Assembly: GCA_910577945.1 (NCBI GenBank) | Contig: CAJTNI010000005.1 | Coordinates: forward strand, 1-64,000 | Direction of reading: 5' to 3' | Length of the DNA stretch: 64,000 nt | Origin: an uncultured Christensenella sp. | GTDB taxonomy: Bacteria; Bacillota; Clostridia; Christensenellales; Pumilibacteraceae | Shown: positions 45,204 to 54,873 of the stretch, piece by piece | Layout: every line of letters begins with the position of its first letter | How positions within the stretch are numbered: the stretch's first letter is position 1 | Made by a program: the position numbers and the translations under genes | The notes under the pieces: model-generated | Told to the model about the DNA's origin: nothing | Seen by the model: the letters and a program-made list of their open reading frames with translations, nothing else | The model's database searches: none

Positions 45204-46620
45204 TCTCACAATGATGACCGATTTCTATCAGCTCACAATGATGAACGGATATTTCTTGGAGGGGAAGGCTCGGGAGACTGCGGTTTTCGACGTGTTTTTC
45301 CGTCAGAAAAGCACCATGAATTACGCCGTTTTCGCGGGGCTCGACCAGGCAATCGACTATATCAAGGAGCTGCATTTCAGCGCGGAGGATATCGAGTATC
45401 TGCGCTCGCTGGGCACGTTCGACGCAGGGTTCTTGGATTATCTGTCGGGCTTTAAGTTCACGGGCGATTTGTACTCGGTGCGCGAGGGCGATATCGTCTA
45501 TCCGCAAGAGCCTATAATAATAGTAAAAGCGCCGTTAATCGAGGCGCAGCTCATAGAAACGGCGTTATTGAATATCGTCAGTCATCAAACGCTCATCGCC
45601 ACCAAGTCGGCGCGAATAGTGTCGGCGGCGCGTGGCAAGAGCGTGGTGGAGTTCGGGCTCAGGCGCGCGCAAGGCCCGGACGCGGGCATTTACGGCGCGC
45701 GCGCGTCGATTATAGGCGGCTGCAACGGCACTAGCAACGTGCTCACGGGACAAATGTTCAACATTCCCGTAAAGGGCACGCATTCGCATAGCTGGGTAAT
45801 GAGCTTCCCGAGCGAGCTCGACGCGTTCCGCGCGTTTGCCAAAACGTATCCCGACGCCTGCTTGCTGCTCGTGGATACATACGATTCGGTGCAGGGCATA
45901 AAGAACGCGATAACCGTTTTCGACGAGCTCAAAGCGGCGGGGCACAAGCCCGTAGGCATTCGCTTGGATAGCGGCGATTTGGCGTACCTGAGTAAGCTTG
46001 CGCGAAAAATGCTCGACGATGCGGGCTTTAACGACGCTATCATCTTCGCGTCGGGCGATATAGACGAGTATTTGTTGGAATCGCTGTTTTCGCAGGGCGC
46101 GAAAATCGACGTGTACGGCGTAGGCACAAAGCTGATTACGAGCGAGGATATGCCGTCGCTCGGCGGCGTGTACAAGCTGTCGCAAATCACGCTCGACGGC
46201 AAGACCGAGCCGCGCATGAAGATATCCGATTCGATAGTCAAGGTCACGAACCCCGGGCTTAAAACGCTGTATCGGTTGTACGACAAAAAGAGCGGCATGG
46301 CGGTTGCCGATTTGATTGCGCTGGACGGCGAAAAGCTCACCAAGCCGCTTACGCTGACGCACGAGACCGAGCGCTGGAAAACGACGACGCTCGACGACTA
46401 CGACGCGCGGTGCATGCTGCATAAAATATTCGATAACGGCAAGAATGTATACGAAAGCCCCGCGCTAGACAAGATAGTCGAGTTTGCCAACGCCGAAAAG
46501 GCGAGGTTTTGGGACGAGTACAAGCGCATAGACAATCCGCAGATTTACAAGGTGAACGTTTCCGACGAGCTGTACAGCTTGAAGCACACCATACTCAAAC
46601 AGCACAGACACAAGAAATAA
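45196..46620 (+). CDS. pncB: Nicotinate phosphoribosyltransferase
   Basis: N-terminal MTDFYQLTMMNGYF. Conserved NAPRTase blocks: GTHSHSWVMSF and VGIRLDSGDL. 474 aa. Confidence 0.85.
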   Translation: MRNLTMMTDFYQLTMMNGYFLEGKARETAVFDVFFRQKSTMNYAVFAGLDQAIDYIKELHFSAEDIEYLRSLGTFDAGFLDYLSGFKFTGDLYSVREGDIVYPQEPIIIVKAPLIEAQLIETALLNIVSHQTLIATKSARIVSAARGKSVVEFGLRRAQGPDAGIYGARASIIGGCNGTSNVLTGQMFNIPVKGTHSHSWVMSFPSELDAFRAFAKTYPDACLLLVDTYDSVQGIKNAITVFDELKAAGHKPVGIRLDSGDLAYLSKLARKMLDDAGFNDAIIFASGDIDEYLLESLFSQGAKIDVYGVGTKLITSEDMPSLGGVYKLSQITLDGKTEPRMKISDSIVKVTNPGLKTLYRLYDKKSGMAVADLIALDGEKLTKPLTLTHETERWKTTTLDDYDARCMLHKIFDNGKNVYESPALDKIVEFANAEKARFWDEYKRIDNPQIYKVNVSDELYSLKHTILKQHRHKK

Positions 46621-46656
46621 CGTACGAAAGCCGACAAAGATTGCTTGTAGGGAATA

Positions 46657-47295
46657 ATGGACGGTAAAAAGAAGGTATACACAAAAGCCGATTTCGACGC
46701 GTACGCCGAGGCGGTCAAGCACGAGTTGGAGCAGGTGTTGTTGCGTCAGCGCGAGCGTATCGACGAGCTGCGCACGCAGTTGGACGCCGCCGAAAAAAAG
46801 GTCGCGGACAACGAGAGCAAGAAAGAGCTTGTGTACAAGGCGATAACCGCCGCGCTCAAAAAGGCGGACGATATCGAGCGCGTCACGCTCATCAAGTACA
46901 ATCAGGAAATAGCGCAATTAAAGAGCTTTCACAATAGATGGGTGGGATACTTTAACCGCATAATGGCGCAATACCCGCTCGACGACGAGCTTGCCGCGGC
47001 AAGCAAGGTCAACGGCAGAATCGCCGAGGTGCTCGGCAAAACGGGCGACCTCGACGAGCAATACCGCGCCGAGCGCGAGCGGCTTATGCAATCGGTCGCG
47101 GACGACGACAGCTTCGACGTGTCGGAGGCGAGCGCGGCGGCAGCGGAGTCTGCCGCACAGTTTGCCCAAAGCGCGACGGACGACGAGTATAAGGACCGTT
47201 CGCCGTCGGGATTTTCCATAGCGGAGGCGTTGCACCCCAAGGACGACTTAATGGACATTATGCGCGAGCTGGGCGTAATAATGGACGACGAATAA
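46657..47295 (+). CDS. DivIVA-domain coiled-coil protein
   Basis: N-terminal TKADFDAYAEAVKHELEQV, then a coiled coil and an acidic C-terminus. Confidence 0.45.
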   Translation: MDGKKKVYTKADFDAYAEAVKHELEQVLLRQRERIDELRTQLDAAEKKVADNESKKELVYKAITAALKKADDIERVTLIKYNQEIAQLKSFHNRWVGYFNRIMAQYPLDDELAAASKVNGRIAEVLGKTGDLDEQYRAERERLMQSVADDDSFDVSEASAAAAESAAQFAQSATDDEYKDRSPSGFSIAEALHPKDDLMDIMRELGVIMDDE

Positions 47296-47304
47296 GATTT
47301 GGCT

Positions 47305-47352
47305 TAAAACGCAAAGCGCGCCCGAACGTGATGGGCGCGTTTTGCGTTTTAA
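47305..47352. terminator. Bidirectional terminator
   Basis: aaaacgcaaagcgcgccc-gaacgtgat-gggcgcgttttgcgtttt is a long near-perfect hairpin flanked by A/T runs. Confidence 0.65.
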
Positions 47353-47357
47353 AAATA

Positions 47358-48054
47358 TCATATAACGTTTTTTACGCGCAGAACAATGACGGCGACGGCG
47401 AACGTCGCGGCAATCCCCGCCCATATTCCGAATACGATTAAAAGCGTGTGGTCGCGCGGTTCTTTCGGCAGCGGAGCATATTCCTCGGACGCAACGGTCG
47501 TAAAGGTCAATTCGGTTTGCGGTAAGCCGTCGAGGCGGGCGGTGCAAACGCCGTTTTCGCAAGCGAGCGCGACGGACGAATTTTTTATTTGCAGCGGCGA
47601 CGCGATTTCTATATCGAGCGTGCCGAATTGCGCCCAGCATGAGGCGGGCGACAGCAGATACGTGTACGTGTGCATTTCGGCGTCGTGTTTTCGCGTGATT
47701 AACGGATACACGGGTGCGGTGGAATTTACGACGGACGCTTTTGCGGGAACGTGCAACGAATATTCGTACCACAACATTGTTTTGCTTTCGAGCGAAGCCA
47801 ACGCGTCGCACGGCTTTGCGAGCGCTTTCGTATACTGCTTTGGGCGTGTCGGCGATATCGAAGGCGAGACGTTCGCCGACGACTGTGAGCGGGCATTCTC
47901 CGACGGTGATTACGGCAGGGCCTGCCGCGCCGCGCCACGAGTATGGCGCGGAGTTTGCGCGCGCCCGATAGGCGGGCGTCGGCATTGCGACCGATGCGCC
48001 CGCGATTGACAGTATCGCCGCTGCCGATATTGCGTAAAGCTTGCGTTTTTGCAT
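47358..48054 (-). pseudogene. Secreted C-terminally TM-anchored protein with apparent frameshift
   Basis: The signal peptide MQKRKLYAISAAAILSIAGASVA is in the frame starting 48054. The body and C-terminal TM anchor (...LLIVFGIWAGIAATFAVAVIVLRVKNVI) are in another frame. The frames switch near 47820-47840. Confidence 0.4.
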
Positions 48055-48220
48055 TTTCGCGTACCTCGACGAGGCAAAGCGTGTGTCGCTTCGATTATTG
48101 CTACTACGCTATATACAACACCGCAGCGCAAGATTTGTCCCGTAAGCGACGCGTGCGAAACGGAAATTATTATTACATGGCGGTCGCGTTGTCGGCGGGG
48201 TAGAGCAAAAGATTTTCGCA

Positions 48221-48253
48221 GAAAAAAATCCCGTACGGCGTTGCGTACGGGAT
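48221..48253 (-). terminator. Terminator of rpsT
   Basis: 10-bp perfect stem atcccgtacg / cgtacgggat, with a T7 tail on the minus strand. Confidence 0.65.
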
Positions 48254-48267
48254 TGCTTGTTCGATTA

Positions 48268-48855
48268 TTATTCGGCTTTGTCCGCTTCGGGCTTTTCCTC
48301 GGTCGTCGCTGCCGCGGCGTCCTCGGCTTTTGCTGCCTTTTTGGCGGCGGTCTTTTTGGGCGCTTTCTCCGCCTTTTCCTTTACCGCTTTTTCCTTCTTT
48401 TCCTTGGCGGGCTTTTCCTCGGCTTTTTCCTTGGTAGCCTTTTGCTTTTTCTGCTCGGCTTTTTCCGCTTCTTTTTCGAGCTGCTTGGCGCGGAACTCGG
48501 CGCGGGCTGCCTCGCGCGCTTCCTTGGCGGCGCGCGCCTTTTCGGCGGCGATGGTCTTGTTGTCCTTTTTGACGACGACAGTTACCTTGCCGCTCTTAAT
48601 ATCGCTGAGCCGCTTGGAGATAGCCGACTTCTTGTTGGCGGCTGCGTTTTTGTGAATGATGCCCGCCGTAACGCTCTTGTCGATAATGGACATAGTGAGG
48701 GGGAGAAGGCGCTCTGCCTCCTCGATATTGGCGGAATCGATTGCTTTATTAAACGCCTTGATGGCGTTGTTCATTTTGGAACGGTCCGCTCTGTTGCGAG
48801 CGTTTTTCTTTTTTGTAATCAGCACGCGCTTTTTTGCGGATTTGATGTTGGGCAC
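48268..48855 (-). CDS. rpsT: 30S ribosomal protein S20 with ~105-aa Lys/Ala/Glu-rich C-terminal extension
   Basis: The N-terminal MPNIKSAKKRVLITKKKNARNRADRS...AISKRLSDI is canonical S20. The tail consists of KAEKA/EKAKE-type repeats. Confidence 0.8.
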   Translation of the reverse strand: MPNIKSAKKRVLITKKKNARNRADRSKMNNAIKAFNKAIDSANIEEAERLLPLTMSIIDKSVTAGIIHKNAAANKKSAISKRLSDIKSGKVTVVVKKDNKTIAAEKARAAKEAREAARAEFRAKQLEKEAEKAEQKKQKATKEKAEEKPAKEKKEKAVKEKAEKAPKKTAAKKAAKAEDAAAATTEEKPEADKAE

Positions 48856-48971
48856 GGTATGAACTCCTTTCTCTCGTTTTTATCAATAATGATTATAGCA
48901 TATCGTACGGCCTTTTGCAACTGTTAAACGGCATTACGTTTAAAAAATTTTCTTTTACAAACAATAAATTT

Positions 48972-49739
48972 ATGGAAAATCGCGGAATTTTAACCGACAT
49001 GGCAGTCGAGTTTTGCAAAAGCGCGAAAAATCGCGACGACGGAGTAATCAGTTATTACGAGGTTGAGGTGGACGGCGCGCTTGCCAAAAAGCTCGCGCGG
49101 CCTCAGGGCAGGTATACGACGCTGGAAACGCGCGCCGTCGTTACGGGCAGGACGGACGATTACGGACGCGTTACCGAGGCTTTGGGCGCGTGCATACGCG
49201 AATACTGCAAGGGCGCGGATAAAATCATGGTCGTGGGGCTCGGCAATCCCGACCTGACCGCCGACGCGCTCGGCGACCGCGTTTTCAAACGGCTTATAAT
49301 AACGCGCCACCTCAATCCCGACAAATACGTGTGCGCGCTCACGCCCAACGTGCTCGGCATGACGGGCATAGAGAGCTACGATATAATATCCGCCGTATCG
49401 GCAAGGGTCAAGCCCGACGCGCTCGTCGTGGTGGACGCCCTGACGGCCGCCGCGCCGAACCGCATAGCGTCGGCGTTTCAGGTGACGGACAGCGGCATAA
49501 CCCCGGGGAGCGGCGTGGAAAACCACCGACGCAGGCTCGACCGCGCGTCGCTCGGCGTAAACGTGGTGTCGGTGGGCGTGCCGCTCGTCGTGTATTCGTC
49601 CACAATCGCCAAGGAGTATTGCGACGGCGCGGAGGAAACGGGGCGGGACATGATAGTAACGCCAAAGGACGTGGATATACTCGTCGAGGATTGCGCCAAG
49701 ATAATAGCGGGCGCAATCAACGGGCTGACGGGCGTTTGA
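48972..49739 (+). CDS. gpr: Germination protease GPR (spore protease), short form
   Basis: LTDMAVE, GRYTTLE, VVGLGNPDLTADALGD, MTGIESYDII, KPDALVVVDALTA and VTDSGITPGSGVEN align with B. subtilis GPR blocks. Confidence 0.75.
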   Translation: MENRGILTDMAVEFCKSAKNRDDGVISYYEVEVDGALAKKLARPQGRYTTLETRAVVTGRTDDYGRVTEALGACIREYCKGADKIMVVGLGNPDLTADALGDRVFKRLIITRHLNPDKYVCALTPNVLGMTGIESYDIISAVSARVKPDALVVVDALTAAAPNRIASAFQVTDSGITPGSGVENHRRRLDRASLGVNVVSVGVPLVVYSSTIAKEYCDGAEETGRDMIVTPKDVDILVEDCAKIIAGAINGLTGV

Positions 49740-49809
49740 CGCGCACATAGCTCGGGCTTTGCGTGCGAACGCGCGCACCGCTTTGACTTGGAGCGCATAT
49801 ATAAAACGT

Positions 49810-50529
49810 ATGCGCGAAAATCCTATCGGCGTATTCGACAGCGGCGTGGGCGGGCTGTTTGTGCTCAACCGCCTTGCTGCCGCGCTGCCGAGCGAACGGT
49901 TTATCTATCTTGCCGACGAGGCGAATATGCCGTACGGCGTAAAAGACGACGGCGAAATCAAGCGTGCGGCGTGCGCGTGCGCGAGCACGCTGTTTTCCAT
50001 GAACTGCAAAGCGTTGGTCGTGGCTTGCAATACCGCGACGGCGGTCGCCGTGGACGATATAAGACGGTTGTATCCGAATAGGATAGTAATCGGATTGGAG
50101 CCCGCTGTCAAGCCGTGCTGCAACGAGCTCGGAAAAAACGGGTATGCCGTCGCGCTCGTTACGCCCGCAACGGCGGAATCGCGAAAGTTCAAGAGGCTCG
50201 CCGCGGCGGCGGGCGACCGTCTCGTGAGCGCGCCGCAGCCGCATTTGGCGCGCATGATAGAGGAAAACGTTTGCGATTTGTCCGCCGTCGAGCCGTACGT
50301 GAAGGAAATATTAAGCCCGTACGAAACAGCCGAATCGGTGATACTCGGGTGTTCGCATTACTCGTGCATTGCGAACGCGGTCAAGCGGTTTTACGGCGGG
50401 AACATAAAAATATACGACGGCGCGGACGGCGCGGCGGCGCGGCTGTCGTACTGCCTCGCGCTCGCGGGCTTGCTCGCGCCGCAGTGCGAGACGGGGTCGA
50501 TGCGGTTTTTGAGCACCGCTCGGGCGTGA
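49810..50529 (+). CDS. murI: Glutamate racemase
   Basis: IGVFDSGVGGLFVL, ADEANMPYG, VVACNTAT and GCSHY motifs. Confidence 0.9.
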   Translation: MRENPIGVFDSGVGGLFVLNRLAAALPSERFIYLADEANMPYGVKDDGEIKRAACACASTLFSMNCKALVVACNTATAVAVDDIRRLYPNRIVIGLEPAVKPCCNELGKNGYAVALVTPATAESRKFKRLAAAAGDRLVSAPQPHLARMIEENVCDLSAVEPYVKEILSPYETAESVILGCSHYSCIANAVKRFYGGNIKIYDGADGAAARLSYCLALAGLLAPQCETGSMRFLSTARA

Positions 50530-50739
50530 CCGCGCGGGCTGACCGCGCGCAATTCGCGAGTGCTTCGGCATGCGCGAATTGCGATTATTCTTAGCGGACA
50601 AGCCCTTTGTAATGTAATAAAGCTTATAAATAGTTTACTCTTACTAATTAAGTTGAATTTGCGTCTATGATAAAATTAAGTACGAATACGGCGACCGAGG
50701 GGTGCGCGCGTAAATCTTATCGGGAAAACGGAGAGAATT

Positions 50740-52275
50740 ATGAAAAAGGCGATTGCTGTGTTGTTGTCGGCGGTAATGGCGCTGTCGACGGCGGCTGCGC
50801 TCGGCGCGTGCGCGGGTACGAGCGGTAAGGACGGTAAGGACGGAATAAACGGCACTAACGGAGTTAACGGAGCGGACGGAATGAACGGTACGGACGGCAA
50901 GGACGGAGCGGACGGAATAGACGGGGTCGACGGCAAGTCGGCATACGAGCTGTTTTGCGAGGCGCACCCCGATTATACGGGCGACGAGGCGCAATGGCTC
51001 AAAGATTATGCGAGCGGCAAGCTCGCCGATTCCAAGTATTACGGTATCGTGTCGTTCGGCAGAGATTTCAACGGCACGGTTACGGCGGGCACGGCGACCT
51101 CGGACGGGTCGACGCTGTCGCTCGACAGCTGCGTAATCAAGCTTAACGAGGCGGTCGTGCTGCCCACTGCGGAGAATGCGGAGTGGGAGATAAGCATCGG
51201 CGGCGTGCTCGCCAACGGCGGGGGCAGCGCGGAGCTTTTGGCGAGCCTCGATAAATCCACCGTCGGGAGAATTTATTTCGGCGTGTACGCGGACAAAAAC
51301 CTCGCTTACCTCGGCGCGAATATAGGCGGAATTTACTTTAATTATTGCTGGAACGTGAGCGGCGACAAAATCAAATCGGCGCACGAATACACGTTGCGGT
51401 ATAAGGACGGCGTGTACGGGCTGTCGGTGGACGGCGGCAAGTTCGACAGGTTTTCCACGCTCAACAACAATCAGTCGAACAGCGTAAATATCTCCGACGC
51501 GGTCGTCGCGAGCCGAGACTTTAACGACAAGGTACGCGCGATAACGGGGCAGGATTATTTCGAGTTTACGAGTATCGGCGCGGACACGCACAAGTGCTCG
51601 TGCAAGCTGAATTACATAGACGCGAAAACCTCGTCGATTTACACGTACGAGAACGCGTCCAAGCACCCGCTCTACGGCAAGACCGTTTACCATTTGGGTT
51701 CGTCCATATCGTACGGTTATTCTAACAACGGCGTATCGTTTGCCGAGCAAATCGCGTCGCTTACGGGCAGCAAATACGTCAAGCAGACGGTGAGCGGCAC
51801 GACGCTTTCCACCGTTTATGCCGATTCGTACGTCGAGCGCTGGGCAAACTTTACGTTCGACGACGCGCCCGAGTTTTTGGTTTTGCAGTTAAGCACAAAC
51901 GACTTTACGCGCGGCGGCATCGACTTGGGCTCGGTCACGACGGCGCAGTCGGGGTTCGACACCAAAACCGCAACGGGCGCGATTGAGCACATTATCGCCG
52001 AGACCAAAAAGAAATCGCCCGACACGCAAGTGGTAATTTACACCTGCGCGGTCAAATCGGGTTGGGGCGCGAGACAGCAGTACGCGGGATTTATAAACAC
52101 CAATCTGCGCATGCTGCGCGAAAAGTGGGGCGTGACGGTAGTCGATTTGTTCAACGCTCAAACGGTGAATACCACGGCGTGGATGAGCGACGACATTCAC
52201 CCCAACGGCGCGCAGTACGCAAACCTTTTTACCGTACGCATGATAAACGCCATGACCGAGGCGTGCAAAAAATAA
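50740..52275 (+). CDS. Lipoprotein with collagen-like G-X-Y repeats and SGNH/GDSL hydrolase domain
   Basis: Lipobox LGAC. 14 consecutive GXY triplets (GKDGKDGINGTNGVNGADGMNGTDGKDGADGIDGVDGKS). SGNH blocks GSSISYG, LSTNDF and DDIHPN. Confidence 0.6.
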   Translation: MKKAIAVLLSAVMALSTAAALGACAGTSGKDGKDGINGTNGVNGADGMNGTDGKDGADGIDGVDGKSAYELFCEAHPDYTGDEAQWLKDYASGKLADSKYYGIVSFGRDFNGTVTAGTATSDGSTLSLDSCVIKLNEAVVLPTAENAEWEISIGGVLANGGGSAELLASLDKSTVGRIYFGVYADKNLAYLGANIGGIYFNYCWNVSGDKIKSAHEYTLRYKDGVYGLSVDGGKFDRFSTLNNNQSNSVNISDAVVASRDFNDKVRAITGQDYFEFTSIGADTHKCSCKLNYIDAKTSSIYTYENASKHPLYGKTVYHLGSSISYGYSNNGVSFAEQIASLTGSKYVKQTVSGTTLSTVYADSYVERWANFTFDDAPEFLVLQLSTNDFTRGGIDLGSVTTAQSGFDTKTATGAIEHIIAETKKKSPDTQVVIYTCAVKSGWGARQQYAGFINTNLRMLREKWGVTVVDLFNAQTVNTTAWMSDDIHPNGAQYANLFTVRMINAMTEACKK

Positions 52276-52294
52276 CTCTACGGGAATACCGCTT

Positions 52295-54808
52295 ATGAAA
52301 GAATTTATAACGGGCAAGATTCGGATACAGCTTTTGAGCCGCGATATAATTCGCCTCGAATTGCGCGGTAAGGACGGATTTTGCGACGACGACACATATT
52401 TCGTGCCGCACCGCGATTTTGCGGGGTGCGACGGCGACGCGCGCGTCGCGGACGGCATGCTCGTTGTCGCCGTGGGCGAGCTTAGTATCGCCGTGCCCGA
52501 AAACGCGCAATCGCTCAAAGGCGCGCGGCTTACCCGCGGCGACGACGCTTGGTCGTACAGGCGCAAGCGCAACGTCGGCGAGCTGCCGCTGCCGTCGAAA
52601 ACGCCGTTCGTGTTCGAGGTGACGGACTGCCCGCGAATAACGCTGCCCGACGGCGGATATCGACGCGGCGCGGAATACAAAATCGACGAGCGCGCGAACG
52701 ACGTGTATTTGCTCGTTTGCGACAGAGACTGCAAAAAGTTGCGCCGCTTATACGTGGAGCTTACGGGCAGACCCGAGCTTGTGCGGCTCGCCACGCTCGG
52801 GCTGTGGAATTCTAGATATTTCGCGCACAGCGACGCGTCGGCGCGCGAAATGATAGACGAGTACGCGCGGCGCGACGTGCCGCTCGACAACATGGTGCTC
52901 GACACCGATTGGCGCAAGGCGTCCGACCGCGGCATAGGCTACGAGGTAGACGACGCGCTGTTTCCCGATATGCGCGCGTTTTTCGACTACGCGCACGCGC
53001 ACGGCGTGGAGATTATGTTCAACGACCACCCCGAGCCTGTGGACGGCGCGCGTTCGGCGCTGGATGGGCGGGAGATAGAGTACCGCGCCGATAATCTGAT
53101 TGCGCATTTGAAAAACGGGCTGGACTATTGGTGGTACGACAGGAATTGGCATACCAAGCTAATCAGCCCGTCGCCCGCGGTCAATCCCGAAAGCATAGGC
53201 ATGTATATTTTTCACGACGTCACGAAGCAGGCGTTCGAGGCTCTTGCGGACGGCAAACCGCCGCGCCGACCCGTTATCATGGCTAACGTCGATAACGTAG
53301 CCAACGGCAACTACATGGGCGTAAACGACACCGCCACGCATAGATATTCGGTGCAGTGGACGGGCGACGTCGGTTCGGACGGCGCGACGCTTGCCTCCGA
53401 GATAAAAAATCTGGCGCTCGGGCAAAACAGCTGTATTACGTATATCAATTCCGACTGCGGCGGACATACGGGCAATCCGACAAAGCGCGAATACGTGCGG
53501 TGGATGCAGTTCGGCGCGTTCTCGCCGATATTCAGACCGCACTGCTCAAACTGCGTGGAGCGCTTCCGCGAGCCGTGGGCGTACGACGACGAAACGCTCG
53601 ATATAACGCGCGAGTACGTAAAAATGCGGTACAGGCTGTTGCCGTTGCTGTATAAGAGCGCGTACGAGAGCTACGCTTGCGGCGCGCCGCTTTTCGCGCC
53701 GCTCAATTACGCGTATGCGGACGACAAGCGCGCCAAAAACGTTTTCGACGAGTACATGCTAGGTAACGCCGTGCTTGTCGCGCCGTTGTGCGGCGTAGAG
53801 CCCAAAAAGCTGACGGCGGCTAACTATGCCGCGCCCGTTTCCGCCGTGTATTACGGCGGCATCGAATGCGCGGGCGCGCCGCTGTGGCGCACCGAGTACG
53901 GAACGCTCGATTTGTATTGGCACGGCGATTCGCCGCACGAGACCGTGCCGCCCTATTATTTTTCGGCGGTTTTCCAAACGGAGCTGATATTCGACAAGGA
54001 CGTCGAGCTTATCGTAGAGTCGGACGACGGCGTAACGGTGTACGTCGACGGCGAAATGACCTTGGAGGATAAGAATTTCCACGGCGCGGCAAAGATGAGC
54101 GCGGGCATGCTTAAAGGCGGCGTGCCGCACAAAATCAAAATAAATTATTTTCAGGGCGAGGGCGAGGCGTCGATTGCATTGTATTGCAACGTGGCGGACG
54201 CAAAGCGCAGCCTTGACGCGCGCAGCATATACCTGCCGCAGGGCGAGTGGCTGGACCCGTTCGGCGGTGAGATGTACGACGGGCGCAGGGCGCATTTCGC
54301 GTCGTACCCGCTCGGCGCGCTGCCGCTGTTCGTAAAGCGCGGCAGCGTAATACCGCTCGTCGATTGCAAGCAAAATACAAAGCTTATAGATTGGGGCAAC
54401 GTGACGCTCGATTACTACCCGTCCAAAACCGAAAAGTATTCCGACTACATTTACGAGGACGACGGCGAAACCGTCGCGTACAAATCGGGCGCGTACAGGA
54501 TAAGCCCGTTTACCGCAGAGTACGACGCGGCGCGCAGAACGTACCGACTGACGCTGTCGCGCAGCACGGGCGGGTACGCGGGCGTGCAAAAGCGGCGCGG
54601 CGCGGTCAAGTTCCATTTGCTGGACGGCGTGGGCGAGATAGCGCGCGTCACCGTAAACGGCGCGCCCGTCATGCTGCAAGCGATTAAGCGCGATATCGGC
54701 GCGTATCCGTTTTCGACGGGCGGCGGCGCGCGCGACGCGGACGTGATAATCGTCGGTTTCGAGCACGACGTAAACGGCGAAACGGTAATCGAGCTCGCGG
54801 AAAAATAA
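52295..54808 (+). CDS. GH31-like glycoside hydrolase with PA14 domain (cytoplasmic paralog)
   Basis: GLDYWWYDRNW aligns to the GH31 nucleophile block G.D..W.DMNE. RYSVQWTGDV is the acid/base block. A PA14-like insert is present. There is no signal peptide. Confidence 0.6.
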   Translation: MKEFITGKIRIQLLSRDIIRLELRGKDGFCDDDTYFVPHRDFAGCDGDARVADGMLVVAVGELSIAVPENAQSLKGARLTRGDDAWSYRRKRNVGELPLPSKTPFVFEVTDCPRITLPDGGYRRGAEYKIDERANDVYLLVCDRDCKKLRRLYVELTGRPELVRLATLGLWNSRYFAHSDASAREMIDEYARRDVPLDNMVLDTDWRKASDRGIGYEVDDALFPDMRAFFDYAHAHGVEIMFNDHPEPVDGARSALDGREIEYRADNLIAHLKNGLDYWWYDRNWHTKLISPSPAVNPESIGMYIFHDVTKQAFEALADGKPPRRPVIMANVDNVANGNYMGVNDTATHRYSVQWTGDVGSDGATLASEIKNLALGQNSCITYINSDCGGHTGNPTKREYVRWMQFGAFSPIFRPHCSNCVERFREPWAYDDETLDITREYVKMRYRLLPLLYKSAYESYACGAPLFAPLNYAYADDKRAKNVFDEYMLGNAVLVAPLCGVEPKKLTAANYAAPVSAVYYGGIECAGAPLWRTEYGTLDLYWHGDSPHETVPPYYFSAVFQTELIFDKDVELIVESDDGVTVYVDGEMTLEDKNFHGAAKMSAGMLKGGVPHKIKINYFQGEGEASIALYCNVADAKRSLDARSIYLPQGEWLDPFGGEMYDGRRAHFASYPLGALPLFVKRGSVIPLVDCKQNTKLIDWGNVTLDYYPSKTEKYSDYIYEDDGETVAYKSGAYRISPFTAEYDAARRTYRLTLSRSTGGYAGVQKRRGAVKFHLLDGVGEIARVTVNGAPVMLQAIKRDIGAYPFSTGGGARDADVIIVGFEHDVNGETVIELAEK

Positions 54809-54822
54809 CGCAGATAAAAGAC

Positions 54823-54849
54823 AAAAAAACGCTCCGTACGGAGCGTTTT
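54823..54849. terminator. Bidirectional terminator
   Basis: aaacgctccg-ta-cggagcgttt, flanked by A7 and T4. Confidence 0.6.
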
Positions 54850-54873
54850 GCGTTGCGGGAAATGCGTCAAGCG

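Noticed and set aside
50740-52275. Collagen-like protein as a phage tail fibre
   Set aside because: It has a lipoprotein signal and an SGNH hydrolase domain, and it sits in a chromosomal carbohydrate locus with no phage genes nearby.
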